A DNA stretch of 64,000 bases from Desulfobulbaceae bacterium (GTDB lineage: Bacteria > Desulfobacterota > Desulfobulbia > Desulfobulbales > VMSU01). The stretch is taken from assembly GCA_015231515.1 (NCBI GenBank), contig JADGBM010000001.1, positions 23,544-87,543 on the forward strand, given 5' to 3'. Below the pieces are notes generated by a model that had not been told where the DNA came from, made no database searches, and saw nothing but the letters and a program-made list of their open reading frames with translations. Of this stretch, positions 9,968 through 19,684 are shown piece by piece. The position numbers and the translations under genes were made by a program. Positions within the stretch are counted from its first letter, which is position 1; each line of letters opens with the position of its first letter.

Positions 9968-10339
9968 ATGAAAAAGAACATTCAGGAACTCATAGCAGGG
10001 TGTTTTGTGCTGACTGGAATTACTCTTATTGTCTTCATGAGCGTTAAGCTGGGTAATATTGATCTGCTCAACAGCAACAGCTACCTGCTCTACGCAAAAT
10101 TCTCTACGGTCAATGGGCTCAGAACAGGAAACCCCATTGAAATGCATGGCATAAAAATTGGTGAAGTCAAATCATTTACCCTCGATCAGGAAAACCAGAT
10201 GGCCGTGACAGGGCTGAAAATTGACAAAGATATTAAGATTTTCGGTGATGCGATTGCCTCCATAAAAACGGCCGGACTCATTGGTGATAGATCTATCTGT
10301 AAACACCTGTCACCAGACACACAAAAAATACTGCCATGA
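9968..10339 (+). CDS. MlaD/MCE-domain protein, short (possibly truncated)
   Basis: N-terminal TM helix plus MCE core (FSTVNGLRTGNPIEMHGIKIGEV..IKTAGLIGD). Only about 124 aa. The ATG at 9968 follows GGTGGTGA. The stop overlaps the next gene (ATGA). Confidence 0.6.
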   Translation: MKKNIQELIAGCFVLTGITLIVFMSVKLGNIDLLNSNSYLLYAKFSTVNGLRTGNPIEMHGIKIGEVKSFTLDQENQMAVTGLKIDKDIKIFGDAIASIKTAGLIGDRSICKHLSPDTQKILP

Positions 10340-10953
10340 ACGAAGTAATGTATGAATTCTGGATCTGTTTTGTACCGCTTTTCGTCGCCGTTGATGCCAT
10401 AGGAATCCTGCCGCTGTTCATCAGCCTTACTAATGATCTGGAAACTCAACGTAGACGATATATTATTCTACAGTCAGTCTTCACAGCAGCACCGGTTGCC
10501 CTTCTTTTTCTTTTCACCGGCCCCACACTTCTGGTGTTTTTAGGTGTGGCTATCCCTGACTTCATGATAGCAGGAGGAATTCTACTTCTGACAATCTCTT
10601 TGGGAGACCTCTTGACGGGTGAAAAAAGGCAGCGCAAGCCTGACCCGGAAAGCCTTGGCGCTGTGCCGATTGGCATCCCCCTGATTACCGGACCTGCCGT
10701 ACTAACCACCTGCATTCTTTTAGCCAGTACTCATGGTAATCTGGTCACTGCCAGTGCCACAATAGCAAATATTGCTATAGCTGGAATAGTGTTCTGGTTT
10801 TCCGAACCATTGACTAAGTGGCTCGGACGAACTGGAACAAGAATTGTGTCAAAGGTTGCAAGCCTTTTACTGGTTGCTATTGCTATAATGCTGATCCGCA
10901 AGGGTGTATTTGAAACTATCACCAATTTTATATCTACCGTACCCTCACCATAG
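10336..10953 (+). CDS. MarC-family (UPF0056) integral membrane protein
   Basis: 205 aa with six predicted hydrophobic helices. N-terminal FVPLFVAVDAIGILPLFISLT is typical of the MarC family. Confidence 0.75.
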   Translation: MNEVMYEFWICFVPLFVAVDAIGILPLFISLTNDLETQRRRYIILQSVFTAAPVALLFLFTGPTLLVFLGVAIPDFMIAGGILLLTISLGDLLTGEKRQRKPDPESLGAVPIGIPLITGPAVLTTCILLASTHGNLVTASATIANIAIAGIVFWFSEPLTKWLGRTGTRIVSKVASLLLVAIAIMLIRKGVFETITNFISTVPSP

Positions 10954-11000
10954 CTGTCGCATACTTAAAATTGTCCAGATCAATAAAACCCATAATACTC

Positions 11001-11918
11001 TTATTGTCGCTGCGCTTCTTTAAACTTTTCAAGTAACTGCACCTCAATCGGCTTGCTCGCTTCACCAAAATAAATTGTCTGGTGCGGAAAAGGGATTTCT
11101 ATACCATTTGCATCAAAGGCCAGTTTAATTCGTCGCAAATATTCGCGCCCCACCAGCCATTGACGAATCGGTTTTGTTTTTATCCTTCCCTTAATGATAA
11201 CCGCTGAATTATCAAATTTATCAACTCCAAATATTTCTGGAGGTTCCAGCATATAAATCCCAAAATTCTCATCAGCCAGCATCTCCGTGCCGACCTTATT
11301 CATGACCTCAATAACCTGGTCCGTGTTTTCTTTATAAGCAACACCAATATCAAAAACGTATGCCGACCACTCATTGGTGAGATTACTCAATGTCTGGATA
11401 GATCCGTTAGGGAATATATGAACTATACCTGAGAGGTCGCGCAGAATAATTGTACGAAAATTTATTTTTTCGACTAAACCACCGGTTCCATTGATGATTG
11501 CAACGTCGCCAACTCGCACCTGGTTTTCGAGAATAAAAAAGAATCCCGATATCACATCTTTAACCAGATTTTGGGCACCAAAACCAATCGCCAAACCAAG
11601 AACTCCAGCACTCGCAAGTATTGGCCCAATTTCGACACCAACCTCTTTAAGAACAATTAAAACTACAGTAGTCCACAATGCCAACAGAGACGCCTGCCTG
11701 ACTAATCGAATGACAGTTTCAATTCTTTTTGCTGATTCGGTGGGTGGTTCGCCGGCTTCCTGCCCCTGAGTTAGAAGTTTCTTTTCCAGACGTAGAAGAA
11801 ATTTTTGCAGAAGAAACATACTGAGGCGGGCCAAAAACAGAATAATACTAATCTTAATGCATGTTTGTATTAAGCTCTCCCAACTGACTTTATGCAAATA
11901 TTCACTAATAAAATTCAT
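11001..11918 (-). CDS. Small-conductance mechanosensitive channel (MscS family)
   Basis: TM helices followed by the conserved GFGAQNLVKDVISGFFFILENQVRVGD..IILRDLSG..FPNG block. Confidence 0.88.
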   Translation of the reverse strand: MNFISEYLHKVSWESLIQTCIKISIILFLARLSMFLLQKFLLRLEKKLLTQGQEAGEPPTESAKRIETVIRLVRQASLLALWTTVVLIVLKEVGVEIGPILASAGVLGLAIGFGAQNLVKDVISGFFFILENQVRVGDVAIINGTGGLVEKINFRTIILRDLSGIVHIFPNGSIQTLSNLTNEWSAYVFDIGVAYKENTDQVIEVMNKVGTEMLADENFGIYMLEPPEIFGVDKFDNSAVIIKGRIKTKPIRQWLVGREYLRRIKLAFDANGIEIPFPHQTIYFGEASKPIEVQLLEKFKEAQRQ

Positions 11919-11957
11919 ATTTCCCCCTCCTATGAATGTCCAATATCGGCGCCTCTC

Positions 11958-12110
11958 TTAAGCAGTAGATTTACTACATCGACGAAAGGCTCTCATTAGC
12001 GAAATCCCAATTGATGAGATTATCAATAAATGAAAATCCAAGGTGTTGGAACTGATGTATGGAGCCAATCCATCTTTGTCGTACGGAAGCTTTGACAGGG
12101 TAATAGTCAT
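11958..12110 (-). pseudogene. Fe/Mn superoxide dismutase relic (N- and C-terminal fragments joined by an internal deletion)
   Basis: AGGAGA ribosome-binding site, then MTITLSKLPYDKDGLAPYISSNTLDFH (canonical SOD N-terminus). One frame over comes SFIDNLINWDFANESLSSM-stop (canonical SOD C-terminus ..NWDF..). The roughly 150 codons in between are absent. Confidence 0.7.
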
Positions 12111-12172
12111 TTTGTCTCCTTTTATTATCTCATTTGTTTACGCCAAATAGCACCTAACTTTGGTAAGCAGTA

Positions 12173-12418
12173 TTAAGGTTTGGGCGGCTTATCTGTCAGG
12201 CCGACATGTTCATTTTTATTATTCTCAATATGGGTAGCATAACTATGGAGAAGCCAGCCGACAATGATCCCAACGGCAAGAACGAGAAATATCAAAATCG
12301 CCCTGGAGACAGCCAAAGACCAGATAAAAAATTGAATTTCAACTATCGCGACATTTTGTACAACAAAAAGAACAGCCATGCCAACTAAGGTAAGAATGAA
12401 GATGAGCTTAATATTCAT
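12173..12418 (-). CDS. LapA-domain (DUF1049) small inner-membrane protein
   Basis: Two TM helices (FVVQNVAIVEIQFFIWSLAVSRAILIFLVLAVGIIVGWL). The start is moved to ATG 12418, which follows GAGGTGG. The longer track ORF would overlap the upstream gene. Confidence 0.65.
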   Translation of the reverse strand: MNIKLIFILTLVGMAVLFVVQNVAIVEIQFFIWSLAVSRAILIFLVLAVGIIVGWLLHSYATHIENNKNEHVGLTDKPPKP

Positions 12419-12474
12419 ATAACCACCTCTATTTGTCATTATTCTGTAGACAACTTTCAATTTCAGGTAACAGT

Positions 12475-13161
12475 TCAAATATTCACAGCACCACTATTTC
12501 CCTTTGGTGCCAGCACCTTGGGTGACACCATGCCACCAGATATAATTAATTTAAAGGCATCCTCAACGGTCATAGACAAGGGAATAACATCTTTATCCGG
12601 AACTAGAATGTAGAACCCGGAGGTCGGGTTGGGTGTAGTCGGAATAAAAATATTTAGGAGGTTGTGTTTTGTAATATCCTGAATTTCACCAGTCGCAACA
12701 CCTGTCATAAAGCCGATTGCCCAGACATCTTTTCTGGGGTACTCAAGAAGAACAGGTTTACGAAACCCCTTATTCCCCTTGCCAAGGGTTGTGTCCATAA
12801 CCTGTTTAAAGAGGGTGTAGATTGAGTTAACCAATGGAATACGCTGAACGATTCGATCAGCATAGAGAACAGCTTGCCTGCCCAAAAAATTGGTGGCTAG
12901 AAAACCAGTAGAAATAACAAGTATAAAACTTAGAATCAAACCAAAGCCTGGAATATGAAAGCCAAACAAACTATCCGGCTGATAGGCATGGGGTAAAATT
13001 TTATACAAAAATGAATCAATGCGGTTCACAAACCACTGGACAACCAGGAAGGTTAAACCAATGGGGGTAATAACAACAACTCCTGTGATAAAAAAGGTTT
13101 TCAGTTTGGTGAAACGGCCGGGGACACTGGTATTTTTGTTGTCAGGTTCTGTCATATTCAC
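12475..13161 (-). CDS. DUF502-family membrane protein
   Basis: 228 aa. N-terminal TM region with TPIGLTFLVVQWF.. and a conserved PTTPNPTSGF block typical of DUF502. Confidence 0.7.
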   Translation of the reverse strand: MNMTEPDNKNTSVPGRFTKLKTFFITGVVVITPIGLTFLVVQWFVNRIDSFLYKILPHAYQPDSLFGFHIPGFGLILSFILVISTGFLATNFLGRQAVLYADRIVQRIPLVNSIYTLFKQVMDTTLGKGNKGFRKPVLLEYPRKDVWAIGFMTGVATGEIQDITKHNLLNIFIPTTPNPTSGFYILVPDKDVIPLSMTVEDAFKLIISGGMVSPKVLAPKGNSGAVNI

Positions 13162-13253
13162 TCTTCAGATCATATGCTGATCAATGTTTATAGGTAACAA
13201 AAGATGTTTGGGCATATCATCACTCCCTCGTACTCTTTTAGAAAATCATCAGC

Positions 13254-15434
13254 TCAAAACGCCATGCCGATACTCAGGTGAAAAGCATATTCACTTTCGG
13301 TTTCAGGTCTGCTGTCTGGGTTAAAGGCCACATCGAACCTTGCTGGACCAATGGGAAGAAGATACTGGATACCGCAGCCAACTCCATATCGGAAATCACT
13401 GAAAAAATCCTTCCAGGTAGCATCAATGAGCTTTTGACGAGTATCGGCCAACGACGACACCCCATCATTGGTGGTCTTATTTGGCGATATATTACCGGCA
13501 TCAATGAAAAATGTCCCGGCTATATGAGTAGTAAAGGTGCGGCGAAGCTCAACTGAAATCGTATTAAACGCCGTACCACCAAGAGAGGCTCCGGAACTGT
13601 CCTTAGTACCGAGTTGTGACTCGCGAAAACTTCGAACTGAGTTTTCACCTCCATTAAAAAACCGTTCATCCAACGGAATGCCGTCTTGGCCTGGGCCAGG
13701 CAGAACAACACCCATATTGTATCGCATGGCTAATACCAATTGATCCTGAATTTTCTTAAAATTACGAACGCTTGTCGTAAAGCGCAGGTACGAAAGATCG
13801 CCACCGATTATTGTGTCAGCATATTCCAGTGAGACATTACCGTGATAGCCGCTTTTAGGGAGAAAAAAATCATCGCGGGTATCTCTGCTCAAGCTCAGGG
13901 TAAGTGCGGCATTAGTATAGTTATTGTCGATATACAGTGGATCAAGAGTAGTCTCAATGTCAGTGATCTTTTTAGCGCTGTACGAATATCCTCCGCTAAC
14001 TCGGGATTTATTGTCGAATTTTTTTGAGAGGAACATCCCAACGCCATTCTCTTCAATTGCGTAGTCAGGTTCTTTCCGGTAACGATAATAAATTGGGAGA
14101 TCCGCTAAAATAGTGGTATTCAGAAAGTAGTGGTCAGTAAATCCCGCCAATACCTGACTACTTTTTGATGATACATTATTATCTAAACGAAAGCTTCTGC
14201 CGGTACCAAACAGGTTTTTATCGGTATAACCGACCGCAACTCTCAGCAACTCATAGGAGCCCCACCCTGGTTCAATAAAGAACTCCTTTGCCGGTTTCTC
14301 TTCTACTTCAACTATCAGCTTCTTATTGCCTGGTTTATCGAGCTGTTCAAGCGCAAAATGCACCTTGGCAAAAAGACCGGTCTGGTAAAGCCCAGAGAAG
14401 CTGGCTCTCTCAGTTTCCAAGGTGTAAGGCTGGCCGACAGCAAGCTTAATTCTCCTGCGGATATACTCTTCAGAGATCCCATCGTTACCCTGCACAACAA
14501 TCTCCTGTATCGATGTTGGCTCGCCTTGTTGGACATCAACGACAAGATCCATCACTTTTGTTTCTGGTCGTTTAATTGTATCGACTGCCGTGCTCACATC
14601 ACTAAAACCCTTATTTTGAAACTGTTCCTGAATCCTGCTTCTCAGCAGAAGTTTCAGCCGAGGATTGTAGGCAGTGTTCTCAAATGCGGCGGTAATATCC
14701 TGGATCTGATCCTGGATATCAGCTGAGCTGCGAATTTCACCAACCCTGTATTGTGGGCCTTCGTTAATTAGTATATTGATCAAAGCAAACGTCTCTTCAG
14801 TAGCATCTGCAATCAGTTCAGGCAAATTTACTGTAACATCAAGAAAACCTTCCGCCAAATAAAAATCAACCAGACTGCCAGCAAAAGACTGAAGCTGTTG
14901 CTCCACATAAGGAAACGGCACCTGTTTGTCCAACTGGGCCATCAGTTTCTTATCCAACCCAAGAAGATACCTTTCCGTATACGAACTATTTCCTTCAATA
15001 TGCACTGATTTCAGTAAAACACGCCCCCATTCAAAAACTGAAAAAAGAAGATCGTATTGACCTTGTTGCTCAGATATATGATAGGTCACAAGTACTGCGG
15101 GATAACCAGCCAGACGATAGGCTAACTCCATCTTAAAAGCAGCGTCGTCAACAGCGGTTTTTTTCATGCTGTTTGTCTCAAATATCTGCAACTCTTCCTG
15201 GGCAAAAGCAATAAGCTCGGCGTCCTTGAAAAAGGTATTACCATCAAATCGTAACGAGAAGGAAAACTGCTTACTTTCCTGATGTGGAAATAGAGTTTTA
15301 AGAAAAGCCGTACCGTCTACCGCCAGACAGAATCGGCTTGGAACCATTAACGCCATGAGCAGAATGAAAAAAAAGACGTAAAAGGCTCTATTTTTAGAAA
15401 TGATAGGTATCACAACATTAGTGAGTAAACGCAT
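13254..15434 (-). CDS. tamA: TamA/BamA-family outer-membrane protein (POTRA repeats plus Omp85 barrel)
   Basis: 726 aa with a signal-like N-terminus. C-terminal Omp85 motifs (RFFNGGENSVRSF, FxDxGN) and a terminal aromatic residue. Lies 3 nt downstream of tamB. Confidence 0.8.
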   Translation of the reverse strand: MRLLTNVVIPIISKNRAFYVFFFILLMALMVPSRFCLAVDGTAFLKTLFPHQESKQFSFSLRFDGNTFFKDAELIAFAQEELQIFETNSMKKTAVDDAAFKMELAYRLAGYPAVLVTYHISEQQGQYDLLFSVFEWGRVLLKSVHIEGNSSYTERYLLGLDKKLMAQLDKQVPFPYVEQQLQSFAGSLVDFYLAEGFLDVTVNLPELIADATEETFALINILINEGPQYRVGEIRSSADIQDQIQDITAAFENTAYNPRLKLLLRSRIQEQFQNKGFSDVSTAVDTIKRPETKVMDLVVDVQQGEPTSIQEIVVQGNDGISEEYIRRRIKLAVGQPYTLETERASFSGLYQTGLFAKVHFALEQLDKPGNKKLIVEVEEKPAKEFFIEPGWGSYELLRVAVGYTDKNLFGTGRSFRLDNNVSSKSSQVLAGFTDHYFLNTTILADLPIYYRYRKEPDYAIEENGVGMFLSKKFDNKSRVSGGYSYSAKKITDIETTLDPLYIDNNYTNAALTLSLSRDTRDDFFLPKSGYHGNVSLEYADTIIGGDLSYLRFTTSVRNFKKIQDQLVLAMRYNMGVVLPGPGQDGIPLDERFFNGGENSVRSFRESQLGTKDSSGASLGGTAFNTISVELRRTFTTHIAGTFFIDAGNISPNKTTNDGVSSLADTRQKLIDATWKDFFSDFRYGVGCGIQYLLPIGPARFDVAFNPDSRPETESEYAFHLSIGMAF

Positions 15435-15437
15435 CAG

Positions 15438-18400
15438 TTATTTGAATTTAAAAACCAGGCGAAGACCGCCATTATATTTATCCCACACATCTTTTTCACC
15501 GGTCAAAAGCAGAGCATTTTGACCATTTCTAATATTTTCAGCCAGGACAAATTGCGCCTCTATAGTCTCTTCACCCTGTTGAGTAATATTTTTGCCGATT
15601 TCAATCTGTAAACGATCTGGAACAGTTGTCTCATTAGTATCGCTACCCCAGATACTCTTCAGCAAGTTTTCACCAAGGTAGACAGCAACACCTGAATAGT
15701 TTTTTGACTGATTCTGAGGGTTGTTAAGTCCTGATGGACGCTTACCAGCTAAAAGTAACATCAAAAGCTCTTCATTTGACAAAGAAGGTGTGGAGGAAAG
15801 CATAATAACAGGTGCATCATACACACCTGATATGCCTATGACGATATCATAGCCCATCATTTTTGCTGTACCATTTAATTCAAGAACAGGCCTATCCGGA
15901 TCAGTTTCTAAAAACTGCACAACTCCGGCATCCATCTTTACCTTTCCAGCCGGTAAGACAAGATTAGTCTCAGCTATATAGATTTTCCCTGTTAAAAACG
16001 GCACTTCACCGGTGCCATGCAACTCAAGTTGTGGGGTAATTTTTCCCCGCAGCATATTATTGGCTATAGCAACCGGCTCTTTAGATGTAAGCGTCAGGTT
16101 AAAAACAGCATCCCGCAAGGGCGGATCGGTAAAGGCCGGAAACTGTGGCGGCGGGGTTGCCCGAGAAGAAAATCCTGAAAGTAAAGACGATATAAAATCG
16201 ATGTTTTTGGTAACTCGAGTATCGGTAAGGACAATGCTACCATCTATGGAAGGGCGATCAGAAATACCGTAAACCTTTAATGACGCATCTCCCCGAATTG
16301 TAACACCCTCTGACCTGTAAAAAAGGAGATCACTTCCACTAACCTGAAGATCAAGAGAAACCTGCCCATCATCTCCAAGCAGAGAAATTGTCCCCTTACC
16401 CATGAGAGGGGCGCCCCCAAGACTGCCGGCAAAATGACTGATCGTAACAACTGAGTCAACTATCTTGGCCTGTAAGCCAACTTCTTGTAGGGCGGGCATA
16501 TCATTACTAAAGCGCATTGCCCCATTCCGCAGGGAGATTTGCGCATCGACAAGTGGGTTTGCCAAAGTTCCGGTAAGCTTAAAGTCGGCATCTGCCCGGC
16601 CAGAAATACGGCGTAACAGCTCAAGACGGTCAGCCAGCCAGCTGATATCTTTAAAGGTAATAGTTCCTTTAAGATCAAGACCAGCGTCCAGAACGGACTC
16701 TTTCCCATCCGCCCAAAACTCATTATCAAGCAGACCATTAGCGAAAATTGATCCCTGGAGCACAATAGAGGAACTATCAGAAACAATTGTAGATTGAGCC
16801 ACAGATATTTTGTTCTTTTCGCCTTTTACGGCAATATCCACCGATATTGGTTCTGAGGGCAACCAACCGGAGCTGTCTTGTAGTATGAGATTGTCTGCCT
16901 TCAACTGCAAGACGCCAAGGGGATTCTGCCGTGTACCGTGAAGATCGATTTTACCTGAAACTGTACCTACTTGGACAATCTTATCATGAAAAAACCATGA
17001 AATAAGTGGAGATGACTGCAGATCAATATCTCCAAATAGCTGCAGTGGGCCATTGGTAAACTCTATTTTTCTGTCTTCTATCGATATCGGCAACTCCCCA
17101 TGCAGCTGCAGTCTCGGAGAGACATCATCGCTCAAAACGAATTTAATAATTTTCAGAGTACCAGCAGCTAACGAAACATCAAAAAAGCCATCAAGGGGAG
17201 GGGCATCTTTGGCTTTAATTTGTTTGATGTTTCCTGAAAATTTAATTGCAGGATCTTGAAGGCTACCTTTTATTCCAACCTTCATTGAAGCCGTTCCAAA
17301 GGAGAATTCCGGTTGGCCAATACCAACCATGAAATCAGCACCATCAGCTATATCGCCTGTTAACCGCAAGTCAACCTGGTCAGTTGACGCCAGTCCTGCA
17401 ATTGAAGCTCTCCCGGCCTCATACTGGAAGACGATCGGCTCTAGCGTCGATATTTGTCCGGTTTGATAACTAAATTGGGCCGAATTCAGCAAGACAATAT
17501 TCTTCCCTCTATAGGTTGATGAAAAACTGTTTAGATAAGCCACAAATTGGTCCCATTCCCGGTTAAAGGCAATTTCCCCGGCAAGAGATGAGACAGTAAA
17601 ATCCTGACCAGGATATCGACCAGTAAAGGATCGAATTGTGAGATCGTTACCTGACAGTTGTGCATCAACTTTGATCTGTTCAATTCTTTCCCCAGTATAA
17701 GAAAGTGAGTCAGAATCAAATGCAAATTCCCCTGAAAAACGTCCATTTACCCTTCTAAAATCCAATTCCCCAGTTAAATCACCCTGCAGTTGACTTTGCT
17801 CTCTTATGCCTTCCGACAGATAGTTATCAATTTCAAAAACCTTGACTTTAAACGTTCCCGTTGTGTCGTTAGGTCTCATAAAACTATAACTGAGGGCACC
17901 CTCTAGTGCGTCTTGACCTTTTACCGCCCTGATTGCGTCAAAATCAATTTCCCTATCACGAACTGTCCCGCTAAGATCAAGAAAATCTAAGTTCGTTTTC
18001 TTATATGTAATTTTCTGTCCTTGAATTGAAAAATCAGTTATCAGATCACCGATCTCACCTCCAAGCTGCAGATTTGCCTTTAAGATCCCTTTGAATGGAC
18101 CAAATTCCGGTATAAAATCGGTAAGGTAGTCAGCATCTGTCGAATCAATTTGTATGTCCGCTTTAATCGGCACCGCCTGCCAACTTTTTGAAGCAGACCA
18201 AGGGTTGAGGTCTGCCTCAATACCATTAGCACGTAAAGAAACTTTTTCTGAATTAAGCAGAAGATGAGGAACCGATAAAACACCCTCGTTCAATTTGCCA
18301 CTGGCTTGAAAGGTATCAACTTTATGTCGTTCTATAATGGCGTTCACTTGCTCCGGAAGCTGCGTTTCATACTTTCCCAGACGTGCAATTGACAATTCAA

Positions 18401-19559
18401 AGTGCCCAATTGCTTTTCCAACCAACTCCGACCAATTTCCGGAGAGAACAGGTTCCAGCGGCAGGACATTTTTTTCAATATGTATCTGATCTTTCTGCGC
18501 TTTCAGACTAAGTTCAGTTATCTGCAGCTGACCATCTGCGGCACTGGCCTGTAAACGAAATATATCGATAGGAACCCCAAACAACTTTCCTTGTTCAAGT
18601 AAAAAAAAGACCTCGCCGGTCAGGCGATATGGTTCTGCCATCGGGAAAGCGAGAACGCCACGTCCTTCTAGATTTCCTGTTTTTTCAATAGTGTCTCCGG
18701 AACTAACAACATCAATTTTCTTTAGGTTAATTCCTGAAATCGAAAAAGTGACTCGGGCCTCTTCTGCTATTACCGCCTCAAAGTTAGACCTACCTTCCCA
18801 AACTGTCACTTCAGCCTTTACGGAGATGTTCTCGCCATCACTTTTAACTATTAGATCGCGAGCAAGTTCTTCTCCGCCAACAGTTAACAGAGCAACTTCG
18901 TACGAACCAGGACGATACAAGGAGTCAACCCGAACCTCTTCGGCAGATGTTTCATAGTGTCCAAAAGAAAGATCAATACGTGAAGCTGTGACACCTATTG
19001 GCAGTACACTATTCTCGGTTGTAACAGATTGAGACGAGACCGATATCTCCCCTGCCCGTAATCCGATAGTCGTATCTGCTCGGGCAATGACCACACTCTC
19101 AAATCTGATCAAAAATGAAGGCAGGGGAAATGAGATACCCGGGAGATCAAAACCATATGACGAAGAAGTTGAAGAAGCTGATTGAAGATCGAATCTTGCA
19201 GATTGAAGGTCGGCAACAATCCGTGCCTTAGAGATTAGGGTTGAAAGATTTATTTTCAGATCAGAAAGTGCGAAATTAACCTGTAGCTGTGGCAGGTCAG
19301 TGTGAAGATTACTGCCATCTTCGAGGCGATAATCAACTAGTATGTTTTTAAATTCTATGGATGAAATAAGATCAGAATGGACAGACGCTATTGTCAGATC
19401 GAGGCCTGGCAGATACTTTTCAGCAAAAGGAATGGCAATGGATTGAACAGCAAAATTAACCAGGAGAAAACGACTACCATAAATCAGTCCGGCAAGAACA
19501 AGGAGAACGCATGCTGGAAAGACCAGAGTGCGCAGGATAAATTTCATGTAGTGTTTCAT
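15438..19559 (-). CDS. tamB: TamB-like translocation and assembly module protein (AsmA-like, DUF490 C-terminus)
   Basis: 1373 aa. Single N-terminal TM anchor and a long beta-rich repetitive body. C-terminus ..GGLRLVFKFK is typical of the DUF490 end. Adjacent to the Omp85 partner. Confidence 0.8.
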   Translation of the reverse strand: MKHYMKFILRTLVFPACVLLVLAGLIYGSRFLLVNFAVQSIAIPFAEKYLPGLDLTIASVHSDLISSIEFKNILVDYRLEDGSNLHTDLPQLQVNFALSDLKINLSTLISKARIVADLQSARFDLQSASSTSSSYGFDLPGISFPLPSFLIRFESVVIARADTTIGLRAGEISVSSQSVTTENSVLPIGVTASRIDLSFGHYETSAEEVRVDSLYRPGSYEVALLTVGGEELARDLIVKSDGENISVKAEVTVWEGRSNFEAVIAEEARVTFSISGINLKKIDVVSSGDTIEKTGNLEGRGVLAFPMAEPYRLTGEVFFLLEQGKLFGVPIDIFRLQASAADGQLQITELSLKAQKDQIHIEKNVLPLEPVLSGNWSELVGKAIGHFELSIARLGKYETQLPEQVNAIIERHKVDTFQASGKLNEGVLSVPHLLLNSEKVSLRANGIEADLNPWSASKSWQAVPIKADIQIDSTDADYLTDFIPEFGPFKGILKANLQLGGEIGDLITDFSIQGQKITYKKTNLDFLDLSGTVRDREIDFDAIRAVKGQDALEGALSYSFMRPNDTTGTFKVKVFEIDNYLSEGIREQSQLQGDLTGELDFRRVNGRFSGEFAFDSDSLSYTGERIEQIKVDAQLSGNDLTIRSFTGRYPGQDFTVSSLAGEIAFNREWDQFVAYLNSFSSTYRGKNIVLLNSAQFSYQTGQISTLEPIVFQYEAGRASIAGLASTDQVDLRLTGDIADGADFMVGIGQPEFSFGTASMKVGIKGSLQDPAIKFSGNIKQIKAKDAPPLDGFFDVSLAAGTLKIIKFVLSDDVSPRLQLHGELPISIEDRKIEFTNGPLQLFGDIDLQSSPLISWFFHDKIVQVGTVSGKIDLHGTRQNPLGVLQLKADNLILQDSSGWLPSEPISVDIAVKGEKNKISVAQSTIVSDSSSIVLQGSIFANGLLDNEFWADGKESVLDAGLDLKGTITFKDISWLADRLELLRRISGRADADFKLTGTLANPLVDAQISLRNGAMRFSNDMPALQEVGLQAKIVDSVVTISHFAGSLGGAPLMGKGTISLLGDDGQVSLDLQVSGSDLLFYRSEGVTIRGDASLKVYGISDRPSIDGSIVLTDTRVTKNIDFISSLLSGFSSRATPPPQFPAFTDPPLRDAVFNLTLTSKEPVAIANNMLRGKITPQLELHGTGEVPFLTGKIYIAETNLVLPAGKVKMDAGVVQFLETDPDRPVLELNGTAKMMGYDIVIGISGVYDAPVIMLSSTPSLSNEELLMLLLAGKRPSGLNNPQNQSKNYSGVAVYLGENLLKSIWGSDTNETTVPDRLQIEIGKNITQQGEETIEAQFVLAENIRNGQNALLLTGEKDVWDKYNGGLRLVFKFK

Positions 19560-19684
19560 CCAAGATGCCAGACAACTTTATAACTTTAGCGAAAACCACG
19601 GCGCTGCCCGTTTGAGTTCATTTCAATAGACTTAAAGAGCGTGATCTATCGGTTGAGAGAATGGTCTTCATAAGTGAAGTGCCA

